Below, piece after piece: positions 31,839 to 41,615 of a stretch of DNA of 64,000 nt; positions within the stretch are counted from its first letter, which is position 1; the number at the start of each line of letters is the position of its first letter. The stretch comes from Clostridiales bacterium. Lineage in GTDB: Bacteria > Bacillota > Clostridia > Saccharofermentanales > Saccharofermentanaceae. The notes under the pieces are model-generated. The model was not told the DNA's origin. It did not search any database and saw only the letters and a program-made list of their open reading frames with translations. The position numbers were made by a program, and so were the translations under genes. The stretch is taken from the NCBI GenBank assembly GCA_017513085.1, contig JAFWDK010000019.1:160001-224000 (forward strand). The letters are read 5' to 3'.

Positions 31839-32345
31839 ATGCCTGAAAATACAACACTTTCCCAGAATTCCAACCACGAGAAGTTTATGCGCGCTGCCCT
31901 TTCCGAAGCGCAAAAAGCATATGCCCTCGGGGAATCCCCTATCGGGTGTGTGATCGTCAAAGACGGAAAGATCCTCGCAAGAGCCCACAATCTTCGACAG
32001 ACCAAGCAGGATGCCACACTTCATGCTGAAATGTCCTGTATCTCCAAGGCCTGTAGAAAACTTGCCGCCTGGCACATTTTCGACTGTGATCTGTATGTCA
32101 CGCTTGAGCCCTGCTACATGTGCGCCGGAGCCATTATCCAGTCCCATATACGTCATGTGTATTTCGGCGCCTCTGATCCCAAAGGCGGAGCCGTAATCTC
32201 ACAAAACCACCTTTTTGACCTGCCTCACAACCACCATGTGGAGTATACCGGCGGAATCCTGGAAGAAGAATGCAGCAAGCTTCTAAAAGACTTTTTCCGC
32301 GAGCTTAGAGCACAAAAGAAATCCCGTCCCGGATCAGCCAGATAA
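31839..32345 (+). CDS. tadA: tRNA adenosine(34) deaminase
   Basis: HAE and TLEPCYMC motifs, FGASDPKGG; ATG at 31839 after AAGGAG. Confidence 0.93.
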   Translation: MPENTTLSQNSNHEKFMRAALSEAQKAYALGESPIGCVIVKDGKILARAHNLRQTKQDATLHAEMSCISKACRKLAAWHIFDCDLYVTLEPCYMCAGAIIQSHIRHVYFGASDPKGGAVISQNHLFDLPHNHHVEYTGGILEEECSKLLKDFFRELRAQKKSRPGSAR

Positions 32346-35300
32346 TCTTTTCCTTAACTTGCTTTCCGGTCGCGGAAACGATCGCCTTGGCGTACATATC
32401 CAGCTGAAAACCATACCTTTCCTCAAGCACGGCCTGCTTTTCTTCCATCGTTCCCTCGATCCGGTCAGACTTATAGTCGATCAGTACTGCCTGCCCGTCT
32501 GTATCAACAAACCAGCAATCGATCATACCTTGTACAAGCGAGAAATCATCCTGACCATTCGGCACCGCCAAAGCAAACGGGATCTCGCGATAAGGACCAT
32601 GTTCCGGCTCACCTTCCGCCATCACCATTCTGCGGCAGAGCTCACTTTCAAGGAACTGCTGCATACATCCAGTAAACGGACGAAGATGCCGGATCTGTTC
32701 CTCCGTTATCATGTCATGCTCGCAAAGGGTTTTCAAAACCGTCTCCCACTCCACGTTCTGTCCGCTTGAAAGCAGACCGGAAAAATCAATATACTGCCAT
32801 GCACTATGGATCAATGTACCCAGCTGCGTCGCGCTATATCCGCCGTCCGTCCATTTCTGTCCGCTCTCATGAAGACGCATATTGATTGCTCTTACCGTAA
32901 CATCTTCGTCTTCCTTCAGATCCGGATCCTCCTGGGCCGCCAAAGACCTCTTCATCTCACTGACAGTAGTTTTGGCCGGGACCAGCGTCATCTCTGCCCA
33001 TTCGTGGATATCTCGCGAAAGAAGGCCGACACGCTCTTTCTCCTCTTCAGAAAGGCAATCACCCGTATTCTCTTTTCTGGCTGCTTCATAAGCATCCGAA
33101 GCCGAACTGCTGTTCACTTGCGGATATACGCTCAAATTCTTTCCCTTATCCGAGATCAGCGCCATATCTTCACTTTCCGCACTGCGGACAGGGTCAGAAA
33201 AAGCTACATCCCCGTATACGATCGGTTCGGGAGAAGTTGCGGCTTTACCTATCGGGCAGGAAGAATCACGAACCACGCCTGCCAGAAATTTCTTAAGCGG
33301 CGTATTCAGATTTCTCATGAAATAGGTCGGATATTTCTCCGAAGAAATGCGGCACGCATCTTCTAGCATCTTACTCTCCGAAATACTGCCATCCTTGGTG
33401 CGCTTGGCCGTGACCACAATAAAGAGTTTTTTCTCCGCACGCGTCAAGGCAACATACAAAAGACGTATCTTCTCTGCTTCAAGCTCTCTTCTGTTTTCGT
33501 TCTTCAGAACATAGTAGTCATGCGGCTCATAGACCGAACCCCACTGCGGGCAATACCGCTTGGCCGCCATCGTGCCGTTCTCGTTCAGAATTAAAGCCGT
33601 ACTCTCCTCACGGTTTCCGGATTGGATCCCGCAAAGGAAAACAAAAGGAAACTCCAGGCCCTTACTTTTGTGGATCGTCATACAACGCACCACGTTCTCC
33701 AATGGTTCGGAAAGCTCGATCTCCGTAACGGCATTCTTCTGCGAATCGACCTCTTCAATATACTCGACAAAAGCACGCAGTCCGGGCTTTCTTGTAGTAT
33801 CAAACTGTGAAGCCCATGTCACAAGCGTCATCAGCGCGTAGTAACGTGCACTACCGTTTTTCTCTCTCCTCACCCGTTCAGGATACTCCGTGATCGAGTA
33901 AACATGTTCCATCCATTTTGTAACGTTCATCTGCATCGAAAGCGTCCGAAGGTCATTCACAAATGCGAGAAAATCTCTTACCCGGAAGGCAAGCTTGGAT
34001 TCCCCGTACTTCGCCATATACATCACTTTTTCACAGAAAGGGATCTTCGCTTTTCCAGAAGAAGCGGCAAAGAGATGGATATCCAGAAGCTGCTGATCCG
34101 TAAAGCCCGCCTGTCGGATACCGGACTTCATAACAGATGCAAGCGGAATGTCCTGCAAAGAATTATCCACGATCCGCGCAAGATCCAAGATCACACGAAG
34201 ATCCGGGTGTTGAAGCACATTCCCGAGGAAAGGCCCTTGCGCAGGGATCCCGCAGCGATTCAATGTTTCTGCCACATCCATGGCATTCTGGTTCGAAGTG
34301 GTAAGTACCACACACTGTGAATAAGAGAATCCGGGAAGTTCAGACAATTCACGGATTTTACCCGCCACGACCATAGCCTCGCAGGCGATCTTCTCTTCAT
34401 CAGCACTCTCTTCCTGGTTTCCGGAAGGCTCCTTTCCTTCTTCAGACCCCAAAGCATTCTCTGCTCTGTCATCTTCGGAGATGATCAACGTCACACCCGC
34501 GCCTCCGGTCTGCGCATAGTCCAAAAGCAGCGAACCATCGTCGTTCTTCGGAACATTCAGGCAATGGGAATCATCGTATTCGATATCCGCGTAATCACTG
34601 CTCATAATCGCCCGGAAGATTTGGTTAACGACTGCAAGGATCGACGGCACGCTTCGGAAATTACTGTTCAACTCAAACAACGTGCCCTCTTTCCCGTCTT
34701 TATATCTCGCATAGCGATCCAGAAACATCTGCGGTTTCGCATGACGGAAGCGATAGATACTCTGCTTCACATCACCGACAAAGAAAACATTGTCTCTCGC
34801 AAAGCACTGTACGATAGCATCCTGCACGCCACTGTTATCCTGATATTCGTCAATGTAGATCTCATCAAAAAGATCTCTGTAATAACCGGCCACTGCCTCC
34901 ACATTAAGAAGTTTCAGCGCCATTTGCTCCTGATCCTGAAAATCGAGAGCCGATTCCTGTCTCTTCTTCAAAGCATAGATCAGGTCCGCCTGAAGAACGA
35001 GTTCAAAATAGCGGGCAAAAAGAGGTGCCATATCCACACTCTCTTCATTGAGCTCCTGCTCCGTCTTTCCAAAGAAATACCGGCAGGAACGGATCAATTC
35101 ATCTTCAGCGGAAGCATTCTTGCTCACTCCGCAGATCTGATAAACCAGTTCATAAAAAGACGTCAGGTCTTTCGAAAACTCCTGCACATCTTCGTCATTA
35201 CTCTTACGAAGCGAAGGGAGCTCTTCATCCGGATGATGCTTGCCGAGTTCCACGATCTCATCCCAGGAAAGATTCTCATCAGAAAGGATCTTCTCACCGG

Positions 35301-36222
35301 TCTCGATCACATACAGGAACCATCTGGCAAAACAATCTTTCTTTTCCTGATTTTTCTTCTTATCTTTCAAAAATACAAGATCTTCGGCCCGCACGGAAAG
35401 TTCCCGGATCTGATCCAGTCTCTCCCTGATATTCAAGTAAAGAGATTCCCTTGCCTGCGCACAGATCTTTCCCTCCGAAAAATGGCCGGCTTCCTTCTGC
35501 TTATTGAGCACCTGTTTCTCGATCCAGGCTCTGTAGTCCGGAAGGCTTCGCAGATAAGAAAGCTTATTCTCCATATCTTCTTTCAGCATGGTATCATCCC
35601 GGCCACTGCCAAACGCCTCGACCATAGAAAGGAACGAATCACACCATTTCTCTGCCGTCACCGGATCAGAACCTATCGCAGCCGGCCATTCTCCCGAATC
35701 CACTCCCTGCATAACTTCCGAAGGATCGATTCTTCCCTCATTCACATCCATGCAAAAAACATATGCCTGCGAAAACGCGTCATTGAAGGCATCACGAAGC
35801 AGCTTCTTCGCATGCGTCTCGTCCAGGATCGAGCTTCCCGGTTCCAGCAAAGGTTCACCGTCCTCTCCTGCACCTTGTGCGGAAAAACTTGAGATCACCC
35901 GGTTGCAGAAAGCATTGATCGTAGAAATATACGCCATCGGCAATTTCGTGATCTGCTCGCTTATATTCTTTCTCTTAAGCGCATCCTTTTCCAAAGCCAA
36001 ACGTTCCCGGAGCTTTTTCTCAAGTTTTGCACTCATATTTGCCGCCGCAGCATTGGTAAACGTCATGACCAGCACGCGGTCAACCGACAGTTCCCCATCC
36101 AGGATACGGGTCACGATACGTTCTGTCATAACACTGGTTTTACCAGAACCGGCCGCCGCGCTGACCAGTATATTTCCGGAAGGAGCGAGTACTATCTTTT
36201 CCTGTTCTTTAGTAAGTCTCAT
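32305..36222 (-). CDS. addA: ATP-dependent helicase/nuclease subunit A
   Basis: SAAAGSGKT, IDEYQD, VGDVKQSIYRFR, TIHKSKGLEF, YVALTRA, C-terminal GMID..IDYKSD nuclease. Confidence 0.93.
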   Translation of the reverse strand: MRLTKEQEKIVLAPSGNILVSAAAGSGKTSVMTERIVTRILDGELSVDRVLVMTFTNAAAANMSAKLEKKLRERLALEKDALKRKNISEQITKLPMAYISTINAFCNRVISSFSAQGAGEDGEPLLEPGSSILDETHAKKLLRDAFNDAFSQAYVFCMDVNEGRIDPSEVMQGVDSGEWPAAIGSDPVTAEKWCDSFLSMVEAFGSGRDDTMLKEDMENKLSYLRSLPDYRAWIEKQVLNKQKEAGHFSEGKICAQARESLYLNIRERLDQIRELSVRAEDLVFLKDKKKNQEKKDCFARWFLYVIETGEKILSDENLSWDEIVELGKHHPDEELPSLRKSNDEDVQEFSKDLTSFYELVYQICGVSKNASAEDELIRSCRYFFGKTEQELNEESVDMAPLFARYFELVLQADLIYALKKRQESALDFQDQEQMALKLLNVEAVAGYYRDLFDEIYIDEYQDNSGVQDAIVQCFARDNVFFVGDVKQSIYRFRHAKPQMFLDRYARYKDGKEGTLFELNSNFRSVPSILAVVNQIFRAIMSSDYADIEYDDSHCLNVPKNDDGSLLLDYAQTGGAGVTLIISEDDRAENALGSEEGKEPSGNQEESADEEKIACEAMVVAGKIRELSELPGFSYSQCVVLTTSNQNAMDVAETLNRCGIPAQGPFLGNVLQHPDLRVILDLARIVDNSLQDIPLASVMKSGIRQAGFTDQQLLDIHLFAASSGKAKIPFCEKVMYMAKYGESKLAFRVRDFLAFVNDLRTLSMQMNVTKWMEHVYSITEYPERVRREKNGSARYYALMTLVTWASQFDTTRKPGLRAFVEYIEEVDSQKNAVTEIELSEPLENVVRCMTIHKSKGLEFPFVFLCGIQSGNREESTALILNENGTMAAKRYCPQWGSVYEPHDYYVLKNENRRELEAEKIRLLYVALTRAEKKLFIVVTAKRTKDGSISESKMLEDACRISSEKYPTYFMRNLNTPLKKFLAGVVRDSSCPIGKAATSPEPIVYGDVAFSDPVRSAESEDMALISDKGKNLSVYPQVNSSSASDAYEAARKENTGDCLSEEEKERVGLLSRDIHEWAEMTLVPAKTTVSEMKRSLAAQEDPDLKEDEDVTVRAINMRLHESGQKWTDGGYSATQLGTLIHSAWQYIDFSGLLSSGQNVEWETVLKTLCEHDMITEEQIRHLRPFTGCMQQFLESELCRRMVMAEGEPEHGPYREIPFALAVPNGQDDFSLVQGMIDCWFVDTDGQAVLIDYKSDRIEGTMEEKQAVLEERYGFQLDMYAKAIVSATGKQVKEKIIWLIRDGISFVL

Positions 36223-39200
36223 TCTTTTCCCTCCTTTTTCAGTGCCGCAAAGAACGCGCCTTTCTTATTCTTTATGTTCTCATCCTGCGGCTTGGGGATC
36301 GGCGGGAAGAAGCGGTACTTCGGGTTCTCCATATCACCATTGCAGACAAAAGCGAACTTGCACTTCTTGCAGTCTAATTCCGATTTTTTGTTGATCCTCG
36401 ACGGCATAGCCGGAAACTCTCCATGTAAGATCTTCTCGCAATTGTTTTTAATCGTAGAGATCGCGAACTCACCGGCAAGCGCCATCTCCTCCGGCTCAGC
36501 ATGCAAGGAGTAAGATTCTTTAGCAAAAGAACTCTTTATCGCATTGCTCTTAGCAATCTGAACCGCACTTTCACTCGTAGTTTTAGCAAGGATATCCGCT
36601 CTCTCCTTCGGAGCCTGTACACGAATGTATCCGGCGCCTGTAGGCAGCAGTTCAGGATGCAGCTTAAGGAAAACATGAAGATACGCCGGAAGCTGTACAC
36701 TCTCTCCTGCATAAAGGGCATCATAGTTCACTTCCTTGACACCTGTCTTGTAATCAAGGATCTGGAATTCACGTGTCTCCGCGTTAACATCCACACGGTC
36801 GATCACGCCGATAAAGTGGACTTTTCTTCCGTCTTCCAAAACTATGTCCCAAGGTTCTACACCGTCTCTTCCGAACTTCCACTCAAAGTATTCCGGCAAA
36901 TACGAGGTTGGATCCATGGTCTCAAACAAGTAATTCATGGTAGCCGTCGTCGCTGAGATCAGCTTATTGTCCGCTTCCATCTTCAACGCCGGATCATCGC
37001 AATAGGCATAATGCTCGACTGACTGTGCCTGCGGCAGTAACTCCCGCACCCACTCTTCTTTATCACGATGCAAATAGCGGGCAAAGACTTCGGCACGCTT
37101 AGTCTCATCGTCCGATGCCAGATACTCATCCCGAAACTGTTTCAGAGCGACTTCGAAAATACTATGGGCGATCGATCCCATGTGAGTAGGTAAAACCTTC
37201 ATCACATCTCTCTCGGAAAGACGAAGGATCGAATTGCAGAAATAATTGTACGGGCACTTCACATAGGATTCTGTCGAAGAGACACTCATCCACATATCCG
37301 AAGGGAAAAGCTGATCCATACGCTCTTTCGAAATCGTAAGCGAAAGCGGCAGCTCCTCTTCGCAAGAAAGATCCACTCCGTCAAAACATGTTTTCCAGAT
37401 ATAAAGAACTTTCTGTCTCTCTTCCTCGGAAACATCGATCCGCCCGGTCAGCACATCCTGAAGATAGCTGCGCATCTTGTCTCTTGCCAGCGTACGCGGA
37501 TCCGACAAGGACATTACATCTGTTTCGAAGAACTTCACCTGTGGATACGTCTCTTTCATGAAAAGCACGACAGAAGAGGGTTCTTCCGAATTCTGCATGG
37601 TAAAAACGATATTTTCTTTCGGGCAATCCAGCAAAGCATATGCAATAAAAAAGTCTGAATACGTCTGATCCTTGGCGTGATTCGGGAAATCCATAGAAAG
37701 CTTGTCTGCAAGCATCTCACGTTCCCGGTTTTTCAGATAGCCCTCCGACGGAGCAGTGAAAGGAAAATTTTTCCGGTTCGGTCCCACCACGAACATAGTC
37801 CGGCAAGTTCTCCGGTATGCATTCTTCGGCTCCGTGATCGTCACCTGGTCCACAAAAGACGGAATCTTGGACAAACTCTTCGACGAGATCGCCGTAGTTA
37901 CGGCACTGCAGAAATTAGAAAGCGAAATAGGGAAATCTCCGATTTCCTCGGACAAAGCCCGAAGCACGTCATCCGCGGCGTTATAAGAAGCCGCCAGTGC
38001 CAGTGCCGACTCCTGATTCCCGGCACGTGTCCACTCATCCACATAGTACTCCACCATCTTCTGCGATCCCGATGTCATGTCATGAAGCGCTACCGCGCGC
38101 TCCGCGCACGTCTTTGCCTTAAGAAGCGGTTTCATCTCCTCCTCGGCCTTCTGAAGAACAGGCAGCACCTTCTCCACCATCGACTTCTCGGTGTCCGAGT
38201 CGGCAAAATCAGCACAAGAAAGAATACGCTTCTTGTTCTTCAAACCATGTGCCAGACAGAAATTCTCAAATCTCTGGACCAATACCGGATCAAGGGAAAC
38301 AAATCCGGACTTCAGGAAAGCCATCACCGACTGCAACTCCCAGTTATAACAGCCCATCTCCATGATGGCCTGCATATACTGCATCCAGATGGTCCCGATC
38401 AACGGATTCTTCGAATCCAGGAACACATCCAGCCCATACTTGGCAAAAGCCGCATGCAGCCCCGCCCGATACTCGTTCTGATCACAAAGCACCACCGTGA
38501 TATCACGGTAACGGTAGCCCTCAAAAGCCACCATCTCCCTGATCCTGGCTGCCACATATTCCAATTCATCATTTATTCTTTGAAAAACGCGGATTTCTCC
38601 CGGCACAGGAAGATCCTTCCTGACCGAACAGGAACGTTCCGCATAATCAAGCGATACTATATCCAGCGCCGCATCACGCACAGACGCCCCCACTTCTGTA
38701 ACCGAATCAAAAGCAAAACGCGACCGGAAAGATTTCACTACCTGGTTTCCGAAGTGGCAGATCTCCTTCGTATCGGCATCTCCCAGTCCGGATTCCGCGA
38801 TGGTGGTAAAAGTAAGCTTAGACACCACCATTTCAAGCAATGTAACAATGTTCAATTCTTCCGGAGTAAGATTTCGGTTCTCTCCAAACCCCATAATCCA
38901 TACTGAAGCATCCTTCAAAAAACGCAATCGGTTCAACGGCCATGTCCGTGTCGTCGGATCGTCCTTGGAAAAGGCTTCCAGGATCCGGACGAGACGCTTC
39001 ATGGAATCTCTTTCCGGAGCAAATCCCATCTGTTCGGAGATGGCGTCCAGCCTGGTCATAAGAAGTCCGAAATCATGGATCTTATTCTTAGTCAGATCAC
39101 TCTGTCCGGACAGATCCAGATCAAGGAGCATCTGCCCACTGATACCGTAACGGTAAAAATCTCCCAGCACCTCTTCCACATCCGCAACAAAACCGACCCG

Positions 39201-39566
39201 CTCTGAAAAACGGGAAAGAATGGAAAAATCATCTTTCTCCTGCTGAAGGATACGATGGATCAGGATCGTCTTCGTAACAGGCATAAGGAGTTTCTTCTGT
39301 CCGCCACCCACTTCACTTAACAGACGATAGGCAAATCGCGAAAAACTGACGATATCGATCATCATGAATGCCGAATCTGACGAAGCCGCGCCCTTCTTCT
39401 CTTTAAGGATCTCAATATAGCGCCGTTCAACTTCCGCCTTCATCGTCTCCGGCACGATAATATAGCCACGCCTCGTCGGCCAAAGCACTGCTTCTTCGCA
39501 GATCTTCTCAAGGCATGTATCGATAAGAGAACCGGGATGCTCTCCGTAAAGCAAATGAAACGCCAT
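36219..39566 (-). CDS. addB: ATP-dependent helicase/nuclease subunit B
   Basis: IIVPE, SFSRFA, CPYNYF, GVIDRVD..LDYKTG, CKKCKFAFVC (Fe-S staple). Confidence 0.88.
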   Translation of the reverse strand: MAFHLLYGEHPGSLIDTCLEKICEEAVLWPTRRGYIIVPETMKAEVERRYIEILKEKKGAASSDSAFMMIDIVSFSRFAYRLLSEVGGGQKKLLMPVTKTILIHRILQQEKDDFSILSRFSERVGFVADVEEVLGDFYRYGISGQMLLDLDLSGQSDLTKNKIHDFGLLMTRLDAISEQMGFAPERDSMKRLVRILEAFSKDDPTTRTWPLNRLRFLKDASVWIMGFGENRNLTPEELNIVTLLEMVVSKLTFTTIAESGLGDADTKEICHFGNQVVKSFRSRFAFDSVTEVGASVRDAALDIVSLDYAERSCSVRKDLPVPGEIRVFQRINDELEYVAARIREMVAFEGYRYRDITVVLCDQNEYRAGLHAAFAKYGLDVFLDSKNPLIGTIWMQYMQAIMEMGCYNWELQSVMAFLKSGFVSLDPVLVQRFENFCLAHGLKNKKRILSCADFADSDTEKSMVEKVLPVLQKAEEEMKPLLKAKTCAERAVALHDMTSGSQKMVEYYVDEWTRAGNQESALALAASYNAADDVLRALSEEIGDFPISLSNFCSAVTTAISSKSLSKIPSFVDQVTITEPKNAYRRTCRTMFVVGPNRKNFPFTAPSEGYLKNREREMLADKLSMDFPNHAKDQTYSDFFIAYALLDCPKENIVFTMQNSEEPSSVVLFMKETYPQVKFFETDVMSLSDPRTLARDKMRSYLQDVLTGRIDVSEEERQKVLYIWKTCFDGVDLSCEEELPLSLTISKERMDQLFPSDMWMSVSSTESYVKCPYNYFCNSILRLSERDVMKVLPTHMGSIAHSIFEVALKQFRDEYLASDDETKRAEVFARYLHRDKEEWVRELLPQAQSVEHYAYCDDPALKMEADNKLISATTATMNYLFETMDPTSYLPEYFEWKFGRDGVEPWDIVLEDGRKVHFIGVIDRVDVNAETREFQILDYKTGVKEVNYDALYAGESVQLPAYLHVFLKLHPELLPTGAGYIRVQAPKERADILAKTTSESAVQIAKSNAIKSSFAKESYSLHAEPEEMALAGEFAISTIKNNCEKILHGEFPAMPSRINKKSELDCKKCKFAFVCNGDMENPKYRFFPPIPKPQDENIKNKKGAFFAALKKEGKE

Positions 39567-39584
39567 AACTATACCTCCTTAAAC

Positions 39585-41426
39585 TCAGAGGGTATCAAGA
39601 TTCTGTCCGTTCGCCGCCTTCATTGTCGTATTCGCCGCAGTAAGCGAATCTTCAATCGCTTTCTGCTCCATCGGTCGTCTTACCTTCAAGGTCGTAGTCT
39701 TCACCATCTCTGTTTCCGAGAAAACAAAATAGTGGATCGCCTTATAAGACGGCATCTGATGGTTGACTTCTTTCATCTTAGATGACAGATACTCACGCAC
39801 CGCATTATCGCCGGCCGTAGTATCCGGAATCGGAAGATTCTCACCGATCACCTCACGGTCGATCAGTAGTTTGGCGCAGATATCCACTGCACCCTTCTCA
39901 TCCTTAGCACCCCAGACAAAAGCTTCCTTTACGCCGGGGATGTTGTTCAACAGCGACTCCATCTCTTCCGGGAACGCCTTCTTGCCGTTAGTCAAAACGA
40001 TCATCGACTTCACGCGTCCCGTAATATGCAGGCATCCCTTCTTATCGAGATATCCCATATCACCGGTATGGAACCAGCCATTCTCATCAAGCACCTCTGC
40101 CGTGGCTTCCGGATTCTCGTAATACCCTTGCATCACGCAATCACTCTTAGACAATATCTCACCGACTGTCCCGATTTTGGTACTTTCATCGTCGATCATC
40201 ACCTGGACCCCGGTCAAAGGTCTTCCTACACTTCCATAAACGTTATACTTGGACGTAGTAACAGAAATAACCGGCGAGGTCTCCGTCAGGCCATAACCCA
40301 TGAGGAACTCAAAACCCCAGTTATTGAAATCTTCGATATAATTCTTCGCAATGCCCGCTCCGCCGATAACGATAAGACGAAGGTGTCCGCCCAGTTTCTT
40401 AATAATGGAAGAGAAGAACACCCGACGCAGATCGATCTTGAATTTTCTAAGGAAATTCGATACCGGGATCATCACGGAAAGCAAAGACTCTTTACCGGAT
40501 TCCTTGATACCGGCCTTGATCTTGCCATGAATATTTTCAAACAAAAGCGGCACGGAGATACAAGCTTCAACATGCCACTCATTCAGGTTCTTAACAATAT
40601 AACGAAGTCCGTCGGAGAAACAGATGCAGCATCCCCGTACAAGCATGAAATACTCACACGTATTCTCAAAAGTATGATGCAGCGGCAGGATCGAGAAAGT
40701 TCTCTCACCCGGCTCCAGCGTCAGGATCGTGGAGATAGCATACACATTACTCATGATGTTTTTGTTGGAGAGCATGACACCCTTGCTCATCGCCGTCGTA
40801 CCTGAAGTAAAGAGGATGATACGTGTCTGCTCCGGATCGATCACCGCTTCCTTGATCAGACTCGAACCTTTCTCCACCAAAGCTTTTCCTTCAGAAAGCC
40901 ATTCCTTGAAATCCACAAAACGCGCGTCATCTTTCGGCCACTCCAGGTTAGATGGGATATACTCTGTGCACATACAGACAAAGTATTTCACCTTCACGCC
41001 TGTCTCCTCTTGATTCTTCGCAATATCCAGCATCATCTCGTGATGTTTCTGATGATAAAAAAGCACTTCCACCTTGCCACGCAAGAGAAGATTCACCAGT
41101 TCCTGCTCAGGCAAAAGACGGTCCAAAGGAAGACCTACCGATCCACTGGAAAGGATAGCCGTATAAGAGATCATCCACTCATAGGAATTCTCTCCGACCA
41201 CACCCAGATGCTTCCCGTTCACATCGTGAATACGAAGCGCCTCAGCTATATATTCAACATCTGTTCCGAAATCATGATATGTTTTATGAATCTCCGCTTC
41301 CGTAGGTTTTCTTCTGAAAACGAAAGCATCCCGGGAACTGTATTTCTCCCGGACATCTAAAATCAGATCGCGCATCGTGTCATAACGAACGCCCTCATGA
41401 AGTGCTTTTCCGACAATACTCGGCAT
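39585..41426 (-). CDS. Long-chain fatty acid-CoA (or ACP) ligase, AMP-binding family
   Basis: FTSGTTAMSKGVML, GYGLTETSP, WFHTGDMG, GRVKSMIV; ATG at 41426 with GGAGG. Confidence 0.9.
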   Translation of the reverse strand: MPSIVGKALHEGVRYDTMRDLILDVREKYSSRDAFVFRRKPTEAEIHKTYHDFGTDVEYIAEALRIHDVNGKHLGVVGENSYEWMISYTAILSSGSVGLPLDRLLPEQELVNLLLRGKVEVLFYHQKHHEMMLDIAKNQEETGVKVKYFVCMCTEYIPSNLEWPKDDARFVDFKEWLSEGKALVEKGSSLIKEAVIDPEQTRIILFTSGTTAMSKGVMLSNKNIMSNVYAISTILTLEPGERTFSILPLHHTFENTCEYFMLVRGCCICFSDGLRYIVKNLNEWHVEACISVPLLFENIHGKIKAGIKESGKESLLSVMIPVSNFLRKFKIDLRRVFFSSIIKKLGGHLRLIVIGGAGIAKNYIEDFNNWGFEFLMGYGLTETSPVISVTTSKYNVYGSVGRPLTGVQVMIDDESTKIGTVGEILSKSDCVMQGYYENPEATAEVLDENGWFHTGDMGYLDKKGCLHITGRVKSMIVLTNGKKAFPEEMESLLNNIPGVKEAFVWGAKDEKGAVDICAKLLIDREVIGENLPIPDTTAGDNAVREYLSSKMKEVNHQMPSYKAIHYFVFSETEMVKTTTLKVRRPMEQKAIEDSLTAANTTMKAANGQNLDTL

Positions 41427-41553
41427 ATAACCTCCGTTATGGCAAACCACGTTCTATTCCCATCAAACCTTGCCATACATACTATGAAATGATACCACTT
41501 TCTTTTCGTCGCGTCTATTGTCCGAAGAAAAATAGTTTGAAAATCAAAGAAAA

Positions 41554-41584
41554 TCTGCCGGCAAGCTTTTTTCTTGCCGGCAGA
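41554..41584. terminator. Hairpin terminator downstream of the LRR/Ig gene
   Basis: TCTGCCGGCAAG-loop-CTTGCCGGCAGA. Confidence 0.7.
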
Positions 41585-41615
41585 CTGCCGTTTTCTTCGC
41601 TTTATTCCTTACGAT

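Noticed and set aside
32305-32345. Convergent overlap of tadA and addA as antisense regulation
   Set aside because: Short 3' overlaps are common; no further evidence
34564-38906. Long + strand ORFs (442 aa and 409 aa)
   Set aside because: Antisense shadows of addA and addB caused by codon bias
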